Assembly: GCF_023055435.1 (NCBI RefSeq)
Contig: NW_025963868.1
Span: forward strand, 26,164,001-26,228,000
Direction of reading: 5' to 3'
DNA: 64,000 nt
DNA from: Haliotis rufescens
Taxonomy: Eukaryota
The notes under the pieces were generated by a model, which worked only from the letters and a program-made list of their open reading frames with translations, made no database searches and was not told the origin of the DNA. Shown here in pieces: positions 63,207 to 64,000 of this stretch (position 1 is the first letter of the stretch; each line of letters starts with the position of its first letter). Made by a program: the position numbers and the translations under genes.

Positions 63207-63363
63207 NNNNNNNNNNNNNNNNNNNNNNNNNNNNNNNNNNNNNNNNNNNNNNNNNNNNNNNNNNNNNNNNNNNNNNNNNNNNNNNNNNNNNNNNNNNNNN
63301 NNNNNNNNNNNNNNNNNNNNNNNNNNNNNNNNNNNNNNNNNNNNNNNNNNNNNNNNNNNNNNN
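63207..63363. other. Assembly gap (N run)
   Basis: Ns; begins inside a SINE. Confidence 1.
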
Positions 63364-63800
63364 GACACACATTGGTATTTAGGTATTTCCACACCTCATA
63401 TTAATGTTTGTATTCTTTAATTGTTCTAACCAACTTTCGGTTAAAGAACATTCTGCTCTTCAATTTTGATGATGTACAGAGTGATTTTTAAATTCGGCTA
63501 CTTTGAAAAATACTGCTGTCTCCAATTCGGCAAAGCCGTCATCATGTATGCCATTAGTTGATTTTTAACTCTGATTTATAAGCATTTGCTTATGATGGAC
63601 ATCTTAATGATAAGGGATTCAAATTATCTAAAAATACCAATTAATGAATTTCGTACACACTTCCCTTTTACATCTGCTTACTGTTGCAGTTCTTCCATTT
63701 ATGATTTAAAGTGTATTTAACAGTCAACACACTTTCTTGTTTTATTTTGTTTTTATTTTATTTCAGATAATTTCTTGATGGTTTATGCTTAGAGCAGTTT

Positions 63801-63841
63801 GAGAGAGAGAGTGAGAGAGAGAGAGAGAGAGGGAGAGAGAG
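63801..63841. repeat. (GA)n microsatellite
   Basis: Direct reading. Confidence 0.95.
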
Positions 63842-64000
63842 ATTAAATAGTTGAACATGAACATATATAGTGCAATGTACAAACGGCATGTCATGTCGAC
63901 ACTCAAAACGAGCCAACTTCGAGTCAGATAAACCTTGACCCGCCTGCGTTCCTCACCTGATATAACAGGACAACTGCCGTCAATCCCACATTCCTGCAAA

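Noticed and set aside
61609-63404. ORFs spanning N runs
   Set aside because: Gap artefacts.

Overview
AT-rich animal genomic DNA, probably a gastropod mollusc; the SINE families resemble abalone-type SINEs, but that is an inference. The core of the window is a tandem/segmental array of five intact, intronless, atypical Ras-superfamily GTPase genes on the - strand. Each has its own TATA, CCAAT and AATAAA signals, an intact G4 motif, eroded G2/G3 motifs and no CAAX box. The array sits among nested mobile elements: an RTEX/CR1-group LINE with a 2A StopGo ORF1, I/Nimb-clade LINEs, two DIRS/Ngaro tyrosine-recombinase retroelements, a Ginger-type integrase transposon with an intron and a Ulp1-like protease, three SINE-like families, MITEs and a Penelope-type fragment. 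The strongest non-obvious signals are RNA structures. (1) The I/Nimb LINE begins with a 58-nt HDV-like ribozyme essentially lacking P4, and its predicted cleavage site abuts the 15-bp target-site duplication exactly. (2) Directly behind it is a second covarying multi-stem RNA motif, which alone forms the head of a non-tRNA short retroposon at 62603-62875. (3) A U3-A8 variant minimal hammerhead lies in a 334-bp insertion. Two N-gaps occur near the right end. All calls come from manual reading; no alignments or searches were run.
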